Origin: Halodesulfurarchaeum sp.
GTDB taxonomy: Archaea > Halobacteriota > Halobacteria > Halobacteriales > Halobacteriaceae
Direction of reading: 5' to 3'
DNA length: 64,000 nucleotides
Assembly (NCBI GenBank): GCA_034520565.1
Contig: JAXHNL010000002.1
Span: 992,001-1,056,000 of the forward strand
The position numbers were made by a program, and so were the translations under genes. The stretch's first letter is position 1; every line of letters starts with the position of its first letter. This document shows, in pieces, positions 33,994-45,309 of the stretch. The notes under the pieces are model-generated. The model did no database searches. It worked only from the letters and a program-made list of their open reading frames with translations, and had not been told where the DNA came from.

Positions 33994-34281
33994 ATGAGGC
34001 TCGCCGAACCAACCGACTTTCAGATTCTGGAAGCCCTTTCCGACGGGAAGCGCAACACTGCGGCCAACCTCTCCCACGTCCTCGACAAGGACCGATCGTA
34101 CATCAACACCAGACTCCCCATCCTCGCCGATTACGAACTGGTCGAGCGCGTCGGTCCGGCCCCGAACAGCGGGCTCTACGAGATCACCGAACGGGGAACG
34201 GCGGTGATCGACATCCGACAAACCGCCGCGGAACCGGACATCGACTTCGACGCGCGACTGGCCGACCGACTCGAGGGGTAA
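33994..34281 (+). CDS. PhiH1-repressor-like winged-HTH protein
   Basis: PTDFQILEAL...RNTAANL...YINTRL...SGLYEITERG. Confidence 0.8.
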   Translation: MRLAEPTDFQILEALSDGKRNTAANLSHVLDKDRSYINTRLPILADYELVERVGPAPNSGLYEITERGTAVIDIRQTAAEPDIDFDARLADRLEG

Positions 34282-34360
34282 GTGCCCGATCGCGAAAGGG
34301 TGTATAGCCGCCGGTCGAACGGAAGGCAACTCATATCGGGCCGGGCCACGAACCGGGACA

Positions 34361-36196
34361 GTGATGCCCGAGGAGGAGCCCGACGCCGAGGACTCGGTCC
34401 GAAAGGCCGTCGAGCAGTCCCGGAGCGGGGCCCCGGCCGTGGGACGGGTCGTCAGAGACCGGTTCTCCACCGACGAGGTCTTCCAGCGGATCGTCGCGGC
34501 TGCCGACGAGGAGATCACCGCCGGCAACCGGGAACTCTTCTTCAGCGGGCTGGCAGCCGGCTTCGCCATCACGATCACGGTCCTTCTCTACGTCTCGATG
34601 ACGGCGACGACGGGCGGCGATCCGGTGCTCAGTGTCCTGCTGTATCCGCTCGGGTTCATCTACATCATTCTCGGTGGGTATCAACTGTACACGGAGAACA
34701 CGCTCCCGCCGGTTGCGTTGACGCTCGAACGGCTCGCGAGCGTTCCGGCGCTGCTCCGGAACTGGATCGTGGTTCTGGCCGGAAACTTCCTCGGGGGACT
34801 CGCTGGCGCCGCCGCGCTGGCCTGGGGCGGCGTGCTCTCGCCGGAGGCGGCTGCTGTCGCCGCCGAGATCGCCCAGAAGGGCGTCGACACGCCCGCGTGG
34901 CCGCTCTTCTTCAAGGCGGTGTTCGCCGGGCTGATCGTCGCGGGGGTCGTCTGGGTCGAATACGCCGCTCGCGATACGATTTCTCGGCTCGTCGTCATTT
35001 ACCTGGCGTTCCTCGCGATCCCACTGGGCGGACTCTTCCACGTCGTCGTCTCCTTCACCGAGACGATGTATCTCTCTTTCACTGGCGATCTGTCCCTCGT
35101 CGTCGGGTTGACGGACTTCGTGATCCCGGTATTACTCGGCAACACCGTCGGGGGCGTCGTGCTCGTGACCCTCGTGAACTACTTCCAGACGAGCGAGAAG
35201 CGGCTCGCGGGAGCTCGCTTCGAAGGCGGGCGCCGGCAGCTCTCGTGGCGAGAGATGCTCCTTGGGGGGACTCTCGGTCGACTGTTCGGTTTCCATGGTC
35301 GTTCGTATGTGCCCCTCGTGGACACCACGCCGGGCGATGGGGACACGGATGGTCCGTACCACATTCTCGTTCCGCTGGCAGATCCCTCCGAGGCGAACGC
35401 ACTCGTCAAACTCGCCGAAACCGTGGCTCGAACCAAGGAACAGGCAATTCTCACGTTCGTCCACGTCGTACCCGAGTACGATCCGCACTCCAGGTATTCG
35501 GGGTCAGGACGGGATCGACTCGTGGCGGATTCATCCGCGCAACTCGAGCGACTTTGTGATCGGATCGAGGCCGAAGCAATCCGGTGTCGAAGCTCGACCG
35601 TCGTCTCTCACCGGTCGTTTTCGGAAGTCTTCGACATCGCCGAGCGGGATGGGGTGGACCTGTTGCTCGTGGAGCGGGGGGACAACCACCTCTGGTCGTC
35701 GAGTCGAGCGGAAGGTCGCCTGGACGAACTCACCCGGCGGCTCCCCTGTGACGTCTGTATTCTCGAGGATCGCGGTTTCGATCCGGACCGGCTATTGCTC
35801 CCGGTCGTCGACAACCCTCACGCCGCGTTGAACGCCGAGATCGCCAGGGCCCTCCGGGAGGAGTACGAGTCCTCGATCACGCTCCTGTCGGTCATCTCGC
35901 CCGAGGGGGACCGAGAGCTGGCCGAAGCGGAACTTCGGAACTGGGCCATCGACCACGGGCTCGAGGACGAGACCCAGGTCGTCGAGACCGGCAGCGTCGA
36001 GGCGGCGATCGAACGGGGGGCCACAGACCACACGATGATCCTTGTCGGTGCCACCGAACAGGGACTGCTTTCCCGGAGTGTCACCGGGACACTCCACTAC
36101 GACGTCATCTCGGAGACCGGCCGGACGGTCCTCATGGCCGAGCGCCCGAGCGACCGCAGTCTCCTGCAGCGGCTGTTCAAACGCCGGCGGAACTAG
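34361..36196 (+). CDS. Formate/nitrite transporter family protein fused to two UspA domains
   Basis: QLYTENT, AGNFLGG, LLGNTVGG; C-terminal ILVPLAD and LLLPV USP repeats. Confidence 0.88.
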   Translation: MMPEEEPDAEDSVRKAVEQSRSGAPAVGRVVRDRFSTDEVFQRIVAAADEEITAGNRELFFSGLAAGFAITITVLLYVSMTATTGGDPVLSVLLYPLGFIYIILGGYQLYTENTLPPVALTLERLASVPALLRNWIVVLAGNFLGGLAGAAALAWGGVLSPEAAAVAAEIAQKGVDTPAWPLFFKAVFAGLIVAGVVWVEYAARDTISRLVVIYLAFLAIPLGGLFHVVVSFTETMYLSFTGDLSLVVGLTDFVIPVLLGNTVGGVVLVTLVNYFQTSEKRLAGARFEGGRRQLSWREMLLGGTLGRLFGFHGRSYVPLVDTTPGDGDTDGPYHILVPLADPSEANALVKLAETVARTKEQAILTFVHVVPEYDPHSRYSGSGRDRLVADSSAQLERLCDRIEAEAIRCRSSTVVSHRSFSEVFDIAERDGVDLLLVERGDNHLWSSSRAEGRLDELTRRLPCDVCILEDRGFDPDRLLLPVVDNPHAALNAEIARALREEYESSITLLSVISPEGDRELAEAELRNWAIDHGLEDETQVVETGSVEAAIERGATDHTMILVGATEQGLLSRSVTGTLHYDVISETGRTVLMAERPSDRSLLQRLFKRRRN

Positions 36197-37224
36197 TTCG
36201 AGACGCCCGCTTCCTCGAAGGTGGCCATTTCACGGAGCGTATCACAGGCACCCTCGTAGACGCCGATACCTAGTGCCGCCCCGGTTCCCTCGCCCAGGCG
36301 CATCTCGAAGTCGAAAAGCGGCGAGAGGCCCAGCTCGTCGTACTGAACCTCGTGGCCCGACTCGACGGAACTGTGTGAGGGGAGGAGGTAATCGGTCACC
36401 CGCTCGTCGATCGCGGCGGCCACGAGCGCCCCGGACCCGGTAATGAATCCGTCGACGACGACCGGAATCCGACGGGTCGCAGCCTCGAGGGCGATGCCCG
36501 CAAGAGCCCCGATTTCGAACCCACCGACCGAACGGAGCACGTCGAGGCCGTTATTGGGGTCCGGGGCGTCCGCCTCGAGCGCCTGCTCGACGATCGCGAT
36601 CTTTCGTTCGTACGCCTCGTCGTCGATTCCGGTCCCTCGTCCGGTCACGTCTGCCGGATCGGCGCCCGTGAGTGCCGCGGTGATCGCCGCACTCGGCGTC
36701 GTGTTGCCGATGCCCATGTCGCCGAGACCGATGATGTCCGCGTCAGCGGCATGCCTCTTGACCACGTTTCGTCCCGCCTCGACGGCTGTGCGGGCCTGAT
36801 CTTCGGTCATCGCCGGACCGGTCGCGATGTTATCGGTCCCCGCGCCCACTTTGTCGACGACGACCGACTCGATGCCGGGGTAGTCATCGGAGGCGACCCC
36901 GACGTCCACGATCAGGTTCTTCGCCTCGATTGTTTTCGCGAGCGCGTTGACTGCGGCCCCGCCGTGGGCGAAGTTCGTGACCATTTGGGCGGTCACGTCC
37001 TGTGGAAATGCGCTCACCCCTTCCTCGACGACGCCGTGGTCGCCGGCGACCGTGGTAATGACCGGCGAATCGAGCGTGGGGGTCGCCGTCCCGGTCATCC
37101 CGGCGATTCGAACCGAAAAATCCTCCAATCGACCCAGGCTCCCGGGTGGTTTCGTGAGGTTCCGCTGTCGGTCCCGGGCGGCGTCCATGGCGTCCCCGTC
37201 GAGTGGGGGGATGTCGAACTCCAT
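36193..37224 (-). CDS. cobT: Nicotinate-nucleotide--dimethylbenzimidazole phosphoribosyltransferase
   Basis: LTKPPGSLGRLE, GDMGIGNTT and MRLGEGTGA motifs. Confidence 0.95.
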   Translation of the reverse strand: MEFDIPPLDGDAMDAARDRQRNLTKPPGSLGRLEDFSVRIAGMTGTATPTLDSPVITTVAGDHGVVEEGVSAFPQDVTAQMVTNFAHGGAAVNALAKTIEAKNLIVDVGVASDDYPGIESVVVDKVGAGTDNIATGPAMTEDQARTAVEAGRNVVKRHAADADIIGLGDMGIGNTTPSAAITAALTGADPADVTGRGTGIDDEAYERKIAIVEQALEADAPDPNNGLDVLRSVGGFEIGALAGIALEAATRRIPVVVDGFITGSGALVAAAIDERVTDYLLPSHSSVESGHEVQYDELGLSPLFDFEMRLGEGTGAALGIGVYEGACDTLREMATFEEAGVSN

Positions 37225-37363
37225 ACCCGGAGGCTCGGTCTCGAAAACAATCAAGATTTCTTTTTAGCAATTAGATCTGTATTTTGCGGTGACTGCAGTT
37301 CCGGCCGTGACAGACGGTATTTTCGAGAGCAACGCCACACCGGTCGGCGGGGCTGCCCGTCGA

Positions 37364-37822
37364 TCAGTCCTCGGATTGGAGGCGATCGACCGAATCCTGA
37401 ATCTCCTGGACGCTCGCGGCCTGTTCCTCGGTGCTCGCCGCGACGTCTTCGGTCTCGTCGGCGACGTTGCCCGCCTTTTCTCGAGCCTGATCGACCATGG
37501 CGGCGATCTCTTCGGCGCTTGCGGCCTGTTCGTTGGTCGCTTCCGAGACCTCCTCGATGCCCGCGACGGTATCGTCGACGAGCGTGGCGATCTCGTCGAG
37601 CATGTCGGTCGAATCGTCGACCTCCGAAACCCCGCGCTGGATCTGTTCGCGGGTGGAATCCAGACTCTCGACTGTCTCGTTCGTGTTTTCCCTGATCTCC
37701 TCGAGCATGGTCTCGATTTCGCCGGCCTGCTCCTGGGAGTCTTCCGCGAGTGACTTCACCTCGTCGGCGACGACGGCAAAGCCCAACCCCATCCCCGGCC
37801 CGCGGCGGCCTCGATCGAGACG
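37364..37822 (-). pseudogene. Methyl-accepting chemotaxis transducer C-terminal fragment
   Basis: SIEAA[frameshift]...GFAVVADEVKSLAE signalling hairpin; N-terminal half absent. Confidence 0.8.
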
Positions 37823-38088
37823 GACTCACCGAAGGATATCTCTTCGTGGTTTCGAATCAGAATGCCATTCTCGGCGATCCGCCAGCGTTCGCCGGCTGAG
37901 TCCTCGAAAACGATTGCCTCCTGAGCAACCCACCACCGCTCGACGACGCGGCCGGTGAGGGTATCCCGTCCTGGAGCCCCTATCTTCTCGAACTCGACGA
38001 CGAGCTGGTCCTCCAGGACGATGTCGTCGAACTCGATGTCGACGGTTTCGAGGCGGCCAGCGACCCGCGAACTCCTCGGCGGGAGTGC

Positions 38089-38289
38089 TCACGGCCGGTC
38101 ACCCCCGGTTAATCCAGCGTCTGCGGCGTCGTGCTCGTCGAGGAAGTGTTTCCAGCGTGGTTCGTGGTCCTCGAAGTCGTGATCGCAGAAGGGACAACTA
38201 ACGAGCCGAACGATGATTTGTCCCTTTTCGTACGTTTTTCTCTCGAGGTCGCCGTCGCGCTCGACCGATTGAGCGCTCAAAACGACCAC
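38089..38289 (-). CDS. Small C2H2-type zinc-binding protein, possibly virus-derived
   Basis: CPFC...KHFLDEH; start uncertain; lies at the tRNA-Pro 3' flank. Confidence 0.45.
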   Translation of the reverse strand: MVVLSAQSVERDGDLERKTYEKGQIIVRLVSCPFCDHDFEDHEPRWKHFLDEHDAADAGLTGGDRP

Positions 38290-38375
38290 CTCCGAATAAC
38301 AGCGGGTTGTTGCCGCGAAAACAGCCGTCTCAGCGTCTCTACTGCTCGGGCATGAAAGCCATCAAAACCAGCGCA

Positions 38376-38448
38376 TGGGACCGCTGAGATTCGAACTCAA
38401 GTCCGACGCACCCCAGGCGCCGAGGATACCAAGCTACCCCACGGTCCC
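38376..38448 (-). tRNA. tRNA-Pro (GGG)
   Basis: GGGACCG acceptor stem, anticodon loop CTGGGGT, TTCGAAT T-loop. Confidence 0.95.
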
Positions 38449-38497
38449 GCATCCGAATCGATGGGTGAGCGGGCATTAAGGCCTTCGTTTCCCCGAC

Positions 38498-39385
38498 TCA
38501 CACGAGCACGGCCTCGAGGTCCACCACGGTCCCCTCGTCGGCTTCGGGATCTCCGACCACCGTCCCCAAACAAACCGCAGAACCGTCCGGGGTCGTACAC
38601 ACGACCAACCCCTCGGGCTCCGTTTCCGGCCCCTCGATCACGCCCGGTGCATACACCGGCGCGCCGTGGGCGACCTCCCGGGCCGCACTCGGGGCGATGA
38701 CGACCGCCGGGAGATGCGAAAGCGCCCGCTCGGCCGGCTTTACGACCTCGCGGAGCCAGTCCTCCCGACCCGACTCCTCGTAGCGACCCAGGGCGTCCGA
38801 GAGGTCGTGGAGGGTCTGCAGGTCGGTGTCGTCGAAGGGGGTGGTGGCCGTCCGCCGGAGATCGCCCATGTGGGCCCGCGTTCCGAGCGCGAGGCCGATG
38901 TCGTGACAGAGTTTGCGGACGTAGGTCCCGCTCTCGACCTCCATCCGGAGGAGGGCCTGTCGCTCTGTCACCTCCAGCACCTCGAGGTCGTACACGGTTC
39001 GGGTCCGCAGCCGGCGGGTGACCGCGCTCTTGCGGGGCGGTTTCTGGTAGATCTCGCCCTCGAACTCGGCAACGGTCGTCTCGAGGTCGTCCGGAGCCTT
39101 CGCGTGCAGTTCGAGAACCGCCACGTACTCCTTCGTCCCCTCGAGCATGGCCGGCACGAGCCGGGTGGCGTTTCCCAGCAGAACCGGCAACACGCCGGTC
39201 ACCTTGGGATCGAGGGTCCCGGCGTGGGCCGCCCGATCCAGGTCGGTCAGGGACTTGATCCACGCCGAGACCTGATGGGCCGAGGGCCCCGGCGGCTTGT
39301 CGAGGTTGATGACGCCGAAGGAGAGAAGCGACTCGACGTCTCGCTCTTCCGGCGGCTCACGTAACGCGGGCGGGTCAGAAGTCAT
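38498..39385 (-). CDS. cbf5: H/ACA pseudouridine synthase Cbf5
   Basis: [34 protein letters not shown] and PUA domain. Confidence 0.95.
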   Translation of the reverse strand: MTSDPPALREPPEERDVESLLSFGVINLDKPPGPSAHQVSAWIKSLTDLDRAAHAGTLDPKVTGVLPVLLGNATRLVPAMLEGTKEYVAVLELHAKAPDDLETTVAEFEGEIYQKPPRKSAVTRRLRTRTVYDLEVLEVTERQALLRMEVESGTYVRKLCHDIGLALGTRAHMGDLRRTATTPFDDTDLQTLHDLSDALGRYEESGREDWLREVVKPAERALSHLPAVVIAPSAAREVAHGAPVYAPGVIEGPETEPEGLVVCTTPDGSAVCLGTVVGDPEADEGTVVDLEAVLV

Positions 39386-39953
39386 ACTCCACGTCCGTCA
39401 CCGGGACGGCCCCCTCGTCCAGGTCCTCGTCGTATGCCTCCACAGCACGCTGGACGATCTCGAGGACCGCCTCGGGCCCCCAGCGAGCGGTGTTCAGGGA
39501 GCAATCGTAGATCGACAGGTCCCCGAAGTCGATGCCGTAGTAGGCTCGATACCGCTTTGCCTCGCTCTCGCCACGCGCTCGCATCTCGGCCAGGGCCGTC
39601 TCGAAGTCCCGCTCCTCGCGCTCGGCCACGCGTTCCGCGCGGATCTCCTCCGGGGCGTCGAACCAGCACTTCAGATCGGCGAGGTCCCCGGCCATCCAGC
39701 CGGCGAGCCGCGACTCGAGCACCAGGTCGTCCCGTTCCCTGGCGATCTCGCGCAACCGGCGATCGAGGTCGCGGTCGATTCCGTCGTCCTCCTCGGCGAG
39801 TTTGTTGAACTCGAGTGGCGTGTAGCCCCGCTTGTCGGCAAGTTCGCGGAAGATGTCACCACCGGAGACGTGATCGTACGAAAGCGTCTCGGCCAATTTG
39901 GCAGCGACGGTGGACTTGCCGCTTCCGATCGGCCCGGAGATGGTGATCAGCAT
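39375..39953 (-). CDS. cmk: Cytidylate kinase
   Basis: [15 protein letters not shown] and LESRLAGW motifs. Confidence 0.93.
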   Translation of the reverse strand: MLITISGPIGSGKSTVAAKLAETLSYDHVSGGDIFRELADKRGYTPLEFNKLAEEDDGIDRDLDRRLREIARERDDLVLESRLAGWMAGDLADLKCWFDAPEEIRAERVAEREERDFETALAEMRARGESEAKRYRAYYGIDFGDLSIYDCSLNTARWGPEAVLEIVQRAVEAYDEDLDEGAVPVTDVEYDF

Positions 39954-39998
39954 AACCGCACTCCGGGCGGCCCGCTCATATCGTTTGTGAACCGACGA

Positions 39999-40889
39999 TC
40001 AGGTCGGGGAAGTCTGGATGTTGAGCGCCTTGCGGATGATCTGGGAGAACCCGATGGAGTTCAGGATGTACCAGAGGATCCAGGCCTGCAGGGGGCCGAT
40101 GACCCCGGCAGCGAGTTCGATCTCGCCGACCAGCGGGAGGACCATGGACGACTCCGCGGCCGGGATGTGACTCGGCGGGCGGATCTTCCAGTACATCCAG
40201 AGGAAGACCGGGATCGTGATGACCATGATCCAGACCATCGGGCGGAGCTGCTCCTTGAACATGCCGAGCTGGTCGCCCATGGCGTCCATCTGTTCCTTGC
40301 GGATCCGCTCGACGGCCTCGTCGTCGCCGCGTTCCTTCGCTGCTTTCTGCTTTTCCTGGATCTCCTGCATGCGGTTCTGGTAGGCGCCCATCCGCTCCAT
40401 GTCCATCAACTCGTTCTGCAGGATCGCGGAGTAAAGCCCGGTGATGATCGCCAACACCATGATGACCGCGAAGAAGGGGAGGATCGAATCGAGCGGGCCG
40501 AGGAAGACGTCGAGCACGTTCCCGACCGCCGACCGGACCGAGTCGATCGAATAGCCGGCGAACATCCCCAGCGCTCCGACCGCTGCGGCCTTATCGTAGG
40601 TGCTCCAGGAGGTGCCCTCGTCGTCGACGTCGACCTCGGTCTCGAACTCGATCTCGTCGGTCTTGCCGAGGGCCTCCTCGACGGCCCCACGATCGGCGAA
40701 CTCGAAACCGTCTTCGGCTTCGATCAGGATGTCTTTCTGCAGCAGGCGGCCCCACTGCCCGCTCGTCATGTCGTCTTTCACGTCCCGCCACCGGAGTTCA
40801 CCCTCGCGCTCTAAGAGCTCCGAGAGTACTTCCTCGAACTCCGGATTCTCGCGGACCAGGTCCGCGACCTTTTCCGCGATTCGTGCCAT
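39999..40889 (-). CDS. DUF106 (EMC3/TMCO1, Oxa1 superfamily) membrane protein
   Basis: TM-coiled coil-TM layout with RPM and WILWY motifs; conserved position between adk and cmk. Confidence 0.85.
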   Translation of the reverse strand: MARIAEKVADLVRENPEFEEVLSELLEREGELRWRDVKDDMTSGQWGRLLQKDILIEAEDGFEFADRGAVEEALGKTDEIEFETEVDVDDEGTSWSTYDKAAAVGALGMFAGYSIDSVRSAVGNVLDVFLGPLDSILPFFAVIMVLAIITGLYSAILQNELMDMERMGAYQNRMQEIQEKQKAAKERGDDEAVERIRKEQMDAMGDQLGMFKEQLRPMVWIMVITIPVFLWMYWKIRPPSHIPAAESSMVLPLVGEIELAAGVIGPLQAWILWYILNSIGFSQIIRKALNIQTSPT

Positions 40890-40924
40890 TAGCGCACGAA
40901 AAGGGAGGGGGCGTAATGAACCTT

Positions 40925-41566
40925 TTACTCCGCGTCCGTTCGCGTCTCGATCGCCGCCTCGAGTGCTTCGAAGACGCTCGCCGGGTCCTGTTCGCCGTCG
41001 ATCTCGACGAGGTCGCCCGTTTCCCGGAAGTATTCGACGACGGGAACGGTGTTCTCCTCGTAGACCTCGAGCCGCTCGCGGGCGGTTTCTTCGGTGTCGT
41101 CCTCGCGCTGGTAGAGCTCGCCCCCACACCCGTCACAGACGCCGGGTTCCTCCGGTGGATCGTACGTGACGTGGAAACTGCGACCACACTCCCGACAGAC
41201 TCGACGTCCCGTGAGACGGTCGATGAGTTCCTGCTCGCTCACCTCGAGGTACGCCACGACGTCCAGGTCGGCGATCGAATCGAGGTACTCGACCTGTGAT
41301 TCGTTTCGGGGATACCCATCGAGGAGGAAGCCCGCTGTGTCCTCGATGGCGGCCTTCACGATCTCGTTGACGACAGGATCGGGAACCAACTCCCCCGCCT
41401 CCATGTACTCCCGCGGGGTCCCGTAGTCGGTCTCCATGTCCTTGTTCGCCCGCAACGCATCTCCAGTGGTGATGTGTTCGATGTCGAACGCCTCCGTGAG
41501 TCGATCTGCCTGCGTTCCCTTGCCGGCTCCTGGCGCCCCGAGCAGCAACACGCGTGGATTGGTCAT
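40925..41566 (-). CDS. adk: Adenylate kinase
   Basis: [16 protein letters not shown] and zinc LID domain. Confidence 0.96.
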   Translation of the reverse strand: MTNPRVLLLGAPGAGKGTQADRLTEAFDIEHITTGDALRANKDMETDYGTPREYMEAGELVPDPVVNEIVKAAIEDTAGFLLDGYPRNESQVEYLDSIADLDVVAYLEVSEQELIDRLTGRRVCRECGRSFHVTYDPPEEPGVCDGCGGELYQREDDTEETARERLEVYEENTVPVVEYFRETGDLVEIDGEQDPASVFEALEAAIETRTDAE

Positions 41567-41655
41567 ACTCGCCATTTCCGCGGTCAGTTTAAGGGATTGT
41601 CGAACTCGGCGATGATCGGCCCGATACTTTTCCCGATCCCGATTCCACGGACTGT

Positions 41656-42069
41656 ATGAACAGATTTGCCGGGACCACAGCCGAGGAACGGGCCGCATTG
41701 ATTGTGGCGGCGATCCGCGCCCATCGCGACCGGCAGAGCCCGTATCTGACGCTTGAAGTCGACCCCGAATCGGACCCGAAGCGATCCGGTGGGGCGACTG
41801 TGGGGCCACCCCCGTGGATCCAGTATCGCGAGCAGGACGAACGGTTGAATCTCGACTGCACTGCCGACGAACTGGACTCGATGCGGGCCGCCATCGACCA
41901 GATTGGAGGCGTTCGCGTCACTGAACAGGAATCAGTCGAGGGGGGCGGGACGAACCTCCGAATCAGTGTTTCGGGGGACGACGAGCGGGTGGCCCACGTT
42001 ATGGAGCAGATACTCGTGGACGGATTCGGGCTCCCGGCGGACCATCGACTCTGGGCGATTGAAATCTGA
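41656..42069 (+). CDS. Hypothetical protein
   Basis: 137-aa acidic ORF with typical codon usage. Confidence 0.6.
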   Translation: MNRFAGTTAEERAALIVAAIRAHRDRQSPYLTLEVDPESDPKRSGGATVGPPPWIQYREQDERLNLDCTADELDSMRAAIDQIGGVRVTEQESVEGGGTNLRISVSGDDERVAHVMEQILVDGFGLPADHRLWAIEI

Positions 42070-42076
42070 GTTGGCC

Positions 42077-43645
42077 CTACCGATCCCGGATTCCGCTCAC
42101 GAAGAGCGCGAGTACTGGGACGATTTCGAGCCGGCCCACTACCATGAGGACGATCATGACAAGCTTGGACGTATCCTGGAAGAAGAGATAGCTCCCGAAG
42201 GGACCGAGCCGCCCGAATCCCGGACCGATGTTCCCGAGGGTCGCGAGCGAGGCGCTAACCGATTCGATCGCCGTCAACTCGGTTCCCCCGCGGGCGGCAT
42301 CCAGGCTGAAAAACACCGCCGAGACGCCGAAGAGCACGAGATACAGCATCGTGAACGTCATGATCCCGCGGATGGCGTCCTCGTCGACGACGCTCCCGGC
42401 CAACCGAACCGGCTCGACGACTTCCGGGTGAGCGGTCGTGTAGAGTTGGCGGCGGATCGTCTTCAGGACGACCAGCCAGCGGACCACTTTGATCCCGCCA
42501 CCGGTCGACCCGGCCGAACCCCCGACGAACATTGCAAAGAGGAGGAGTAGCTGGGCGGACTGGCTCCATTCGGCGAAGTTCGCGGTCGCGTATCCCGTCG
42601 AGTTGAGTAGCGACCCGATCTGGAAGGCTGCAGTGCGGATGGAGGGCTCTGCCAGTCCCTCGGTCGCGCCGCCGATTTCGAGGATCGGGGCTGCCCCACG
42701 GAACAGCACGACCGAGAGGACGGCGACGAACACCGCGATGAGACCGGTGTAGGCGCGGAACTCGGAGTTCCGGTAGAGCTGTTCGGCCTCGCCCTTGAGG
42801 ACGTGCCAGAACAGCGCGAAGTTCGTCCCGGCCACGACCATGAAGGGGATGATGACCCACTGAACGGCCGCCGAGAAGGCGGCGATACTGTTTGCCTCCG
42901 GGGAGAACCCGCCGGTCGGTAACGTCGTGAACCCGTGGGAGATGGCGTTGAAGAGGGTCATGTTCGGGGCGAAGCCGGCGAGGTGGAGTCCGAAGAGGAC
43001 TGCCACGAGCAGGACGGTAAAGCCGAAGTAGAGCAACCAGAGCGCCCGGGCCGTCTCGGCGATCTTCGGCGTCAGCTTCTGCAGGTCGGGGCCGGGGGCC
43101 TCGGATTGCATCAACTGGGCGCCGTTGACCGCGAGTTCCGGCAGAATGGCGATCATCAGCACGATGATGCCCATGCCGCCGAGCCACTGGATGAGTTGTC
43201 GCCAGAGCAACACCGCATGTGAATGTCGCTCCAGACTGATCTCGCCGAGGACGGTGGCCCCGGTCGTCGTGAATCCGCTCGTCGATTCGAACAGGGCGTT
43301 GACGATCGAACCGAACGCCGCCCCGGCCGATTCGAGTGAGAGCCCGATCGTCGACTCGGTGCCGATTCCCGCGAGTAGGAACGGGATCGCTCCGAAGACC
43401 GAGGCGGTGGTCCAGGCGAGTGAGACGAGCAGGAGCGCCTCGCGGGGCCCGAGGTCCGGATCGGGATCGAGCCGTTCGAGCGCGAATCCGGCCCCCGCGG
43501 TCACCGCGATGGCGACGACGAAGACCAACATATCTTCCCCGTAAACCACGGCGGCAAAGAGCGGGACAAGCATGGCGAGCGAGAGGAACTTCACCATCGT
43601 CCCGAGACTCGCGAGACTCGCCCGCCACTCGACGTTCCAGCTCAT
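42077..43645 (-). CDS. trkH: Trk potassium uptake membrane protein
   Basis: FESTSGFTTTGAT, QWLGGMG and GSTGGGIK motifs. Confidence 0.95.
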   Translation of the reverse strand: MSWNVEWRASLASLGTMVKFLSLAMLVPLFAAVVYGEDMLVFVVAIAVTAGAGFALERLDPDPDLGPREALLLVSLAWTTASVFGAIPFLLAGIGTESTIGLSLESAGAAFGSIVNALFESTSGFTTTGATVLGEISLERHSHAVLLWRQLIQWLGGMGIIVLMIAILPELAVNGAQLMQSEAPGPDLQKLTPKIAETARALWLLYFGFTVLLVAVLFGLHLAGFAPNMTLFNAISHGFTTLPTGGFSPEANSIAAFSAAVQWVIIPFMVVAGTNFALFWHVLKGEAEQLYRNSEFRAYTGLIAVFVAVLSVVLFRGAAPILEIGGATEGLAEPSIRTAAFQIGSLLNSTGYATANFAEWSQSAQLLLLFAMFVGGSAGSTGGGIKVVRWLVVLKTIRRQLYTTAHPEVVEPVRLAGSVVDEDAIRGIMTFTMLYLVLFGVSAVFFSLDAARGGTELTAIESVSASLATLGNIGPGFGRLGPFGSYLFFQDTSKLVMIVLMVVGRLEIVPVLALFVSGIRDR

Positions 43646-43746
43646 TTCAGTTCATCACCCCCTCGTTCGTGTTCGGAATGGGCCCCGGCCGAATATGAAA
43701 ATCGTGCATCGTGGTCTTCCTGTTTCGTGCATCGTGCTCTCCCTGT

Positions 43747-45081
43747 TCAGAATTTCGGGGCGACCTCGTCGAGGACGGTTCCATCGACGAACACGACCAC
43801 GTGATCGCCCGGCTGGAACACCGTTTCCCCCCGGGGCGTGACGAGTTCGCCGTCCCTGGAAATCGCGCCGATTACGACTCCGTCGGGAAGGGAATCGATG
43901 ACGTCGACGAGTCGCTTTCCGGCAACGACACTGTCCTCCTCGAGTTCGACCTCCAGTACCTCAGCCCGGTCGTGTTGAAGTATCACCACCTTCTCGGTGT
44001 GCCCCTCGCGGGTGAACCTGACGATCTCCTCGGCGGTTTCCATCCGCGGGTCGACGGCGATGTTCACCCCGACAGCCTCGAAGAGGTCGGCGTATTCGGC
44101 CGTTTCAACGATCGCGACCGTCCGTTTGGCCCCGAGTTTCCGGGCCAGAAGCGAGACGAGCAGGTTCTTTTCGTCGCTTTCCAGACACACGACGACCACG
44201 TCGGCGTCCCCGACGTTCTCTCGAGCGAGAAAGCCTGTATCCGTGGCGTCGCTCTCCATCACCGTCGTCTTCGAGAGTTCCTCTGCGAGGTATCGAGCAC
44301 GTTCGGGATCCTGTTCGATGAGCCGGGGATGATACCCGTGTTCCTCGAACACCCGGGCGGTCTGGTGACCGGCCTTGCTCCCGCCGATGATGACGATGTC
44401 CTCGATATTTTCGTCGGGTTCGGCTGCTGTTTCGGTGGCGAAGGATCGAACCGATCCCTTGCTTCCGATGACCACGACATTGTCGCCTGCCTCGATCGTG
44501 GTTTCGCCCGTGGCGACTTTCAGCTCACCGTCCCGGAAGATCCCGGCAACGGTCATCGAGTCGTACTGGTCGGCCTCGGAGACCGTCTTGCCCACGACGG
44601 GGCTCTCCGGACCGATTTTCAGTTCCACCATCCGGACGAGGTCGTTCGAAAACGAATCGACGTCGTGCGCGTGGGGAACTTCCGAGATCCGGAAGATCGC
44701 CTCGGCGGTGACCAGGTCGGTACAGACCATGAAGTCGACGCCGAAGGCCCCGTGGGCTTCTTCCCAGGTGCTTAACAGACTCCGCCGCTTGATCCGGGCG
44801 ATGGTGAACGCGTCGCTGATCGTCTTGGCCGTGCCGCTGATGACGATGTTCGTCTCGTCGCTGTCGGTGGCCGCGATTACCATGTCTGCCCGCCCGATTT
44901 CGGCTTCCCTGAGCACGTCCATCTCGGTCCCGTCTCCCTGAATTGCGAGGACGTCGAGCGAATAGGTCAGATCATCGACGACCTCCGGGTCCTGCTCGAT
45001 GACGATCACGTCGTGGTTCGGTGCGAGATTTGCAGCGATCGAGGAACCCACCTCCCCTGCCCCGACAATGAGGATGCGCAT
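43747..45081 (-). CDS. trkA: Trk potassium uptake regulatory subunit
   Basis: Two RCK_N/RCK_C pairs, GAGEVG. Confidence 0.95.
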   Translation of the reverse strand: MRILIVGAGEVGSSIAANLAPNHDVIVIEQDPEVVDDLTYSLDVLAIQGDGTEMDVLREAEIGRADMVIAATDSDETNIVISGTAKTISDAFTIARIKRRSLLSTWEEAHGAFGVDFMVCTDLVTAEAIFRISEVPHAHDVDSFSNDLVRMVELKIGPESPVVGKTVSEADQYDSMTVAGIFRDGELKVATGETTIEAGDNVVVIGSKGSVRSFATETAAEPDENIEDIVIIGGSKAGHQTARVFEEHGYHPRLIEQDPERARYLAEELSKTTVMESDATDTGFLARENVGDADVVVVCLESDEKNLLVSLLARKLGAKRTVAIVETAEYADLFEAVGVNIAVDPRMETAEEIVRFTREGHTEKVVILQHDRAEVLEVELEEDSVVAGKRLVDVIDSLPDGVVIGAISRDGELVTPRGETVFQPGDHVVVFVDGTVLDEVAPKF

Positions 45082-45309
45082 CAGGAATCCCTCCGGTCCG
45101 TCATCGATGCGGGATTGGCTGCCCCGGCTATAAAAACCCACGCACACGGGTTTCGGGCCGGTGGCACTTCCACATCGAATGGATCCGGGAGGGCGAGATT
45201 CCGTCTCGCGCGCTCGTTTGGGTGGGCTGATTTGGGTTGCCGCAGGTGGCTCGACGAGGGCTCGGGTCCGTTTTCTGAACAACCGTAACCGCGAGAATAA
45301 CCGATTCCG

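Noticed and set aside
33994-34281. Prophage marked by the phiH1-like repressor
   Set aside because: Stand-alone regulator flanked by host genes; no integrase or structural genes
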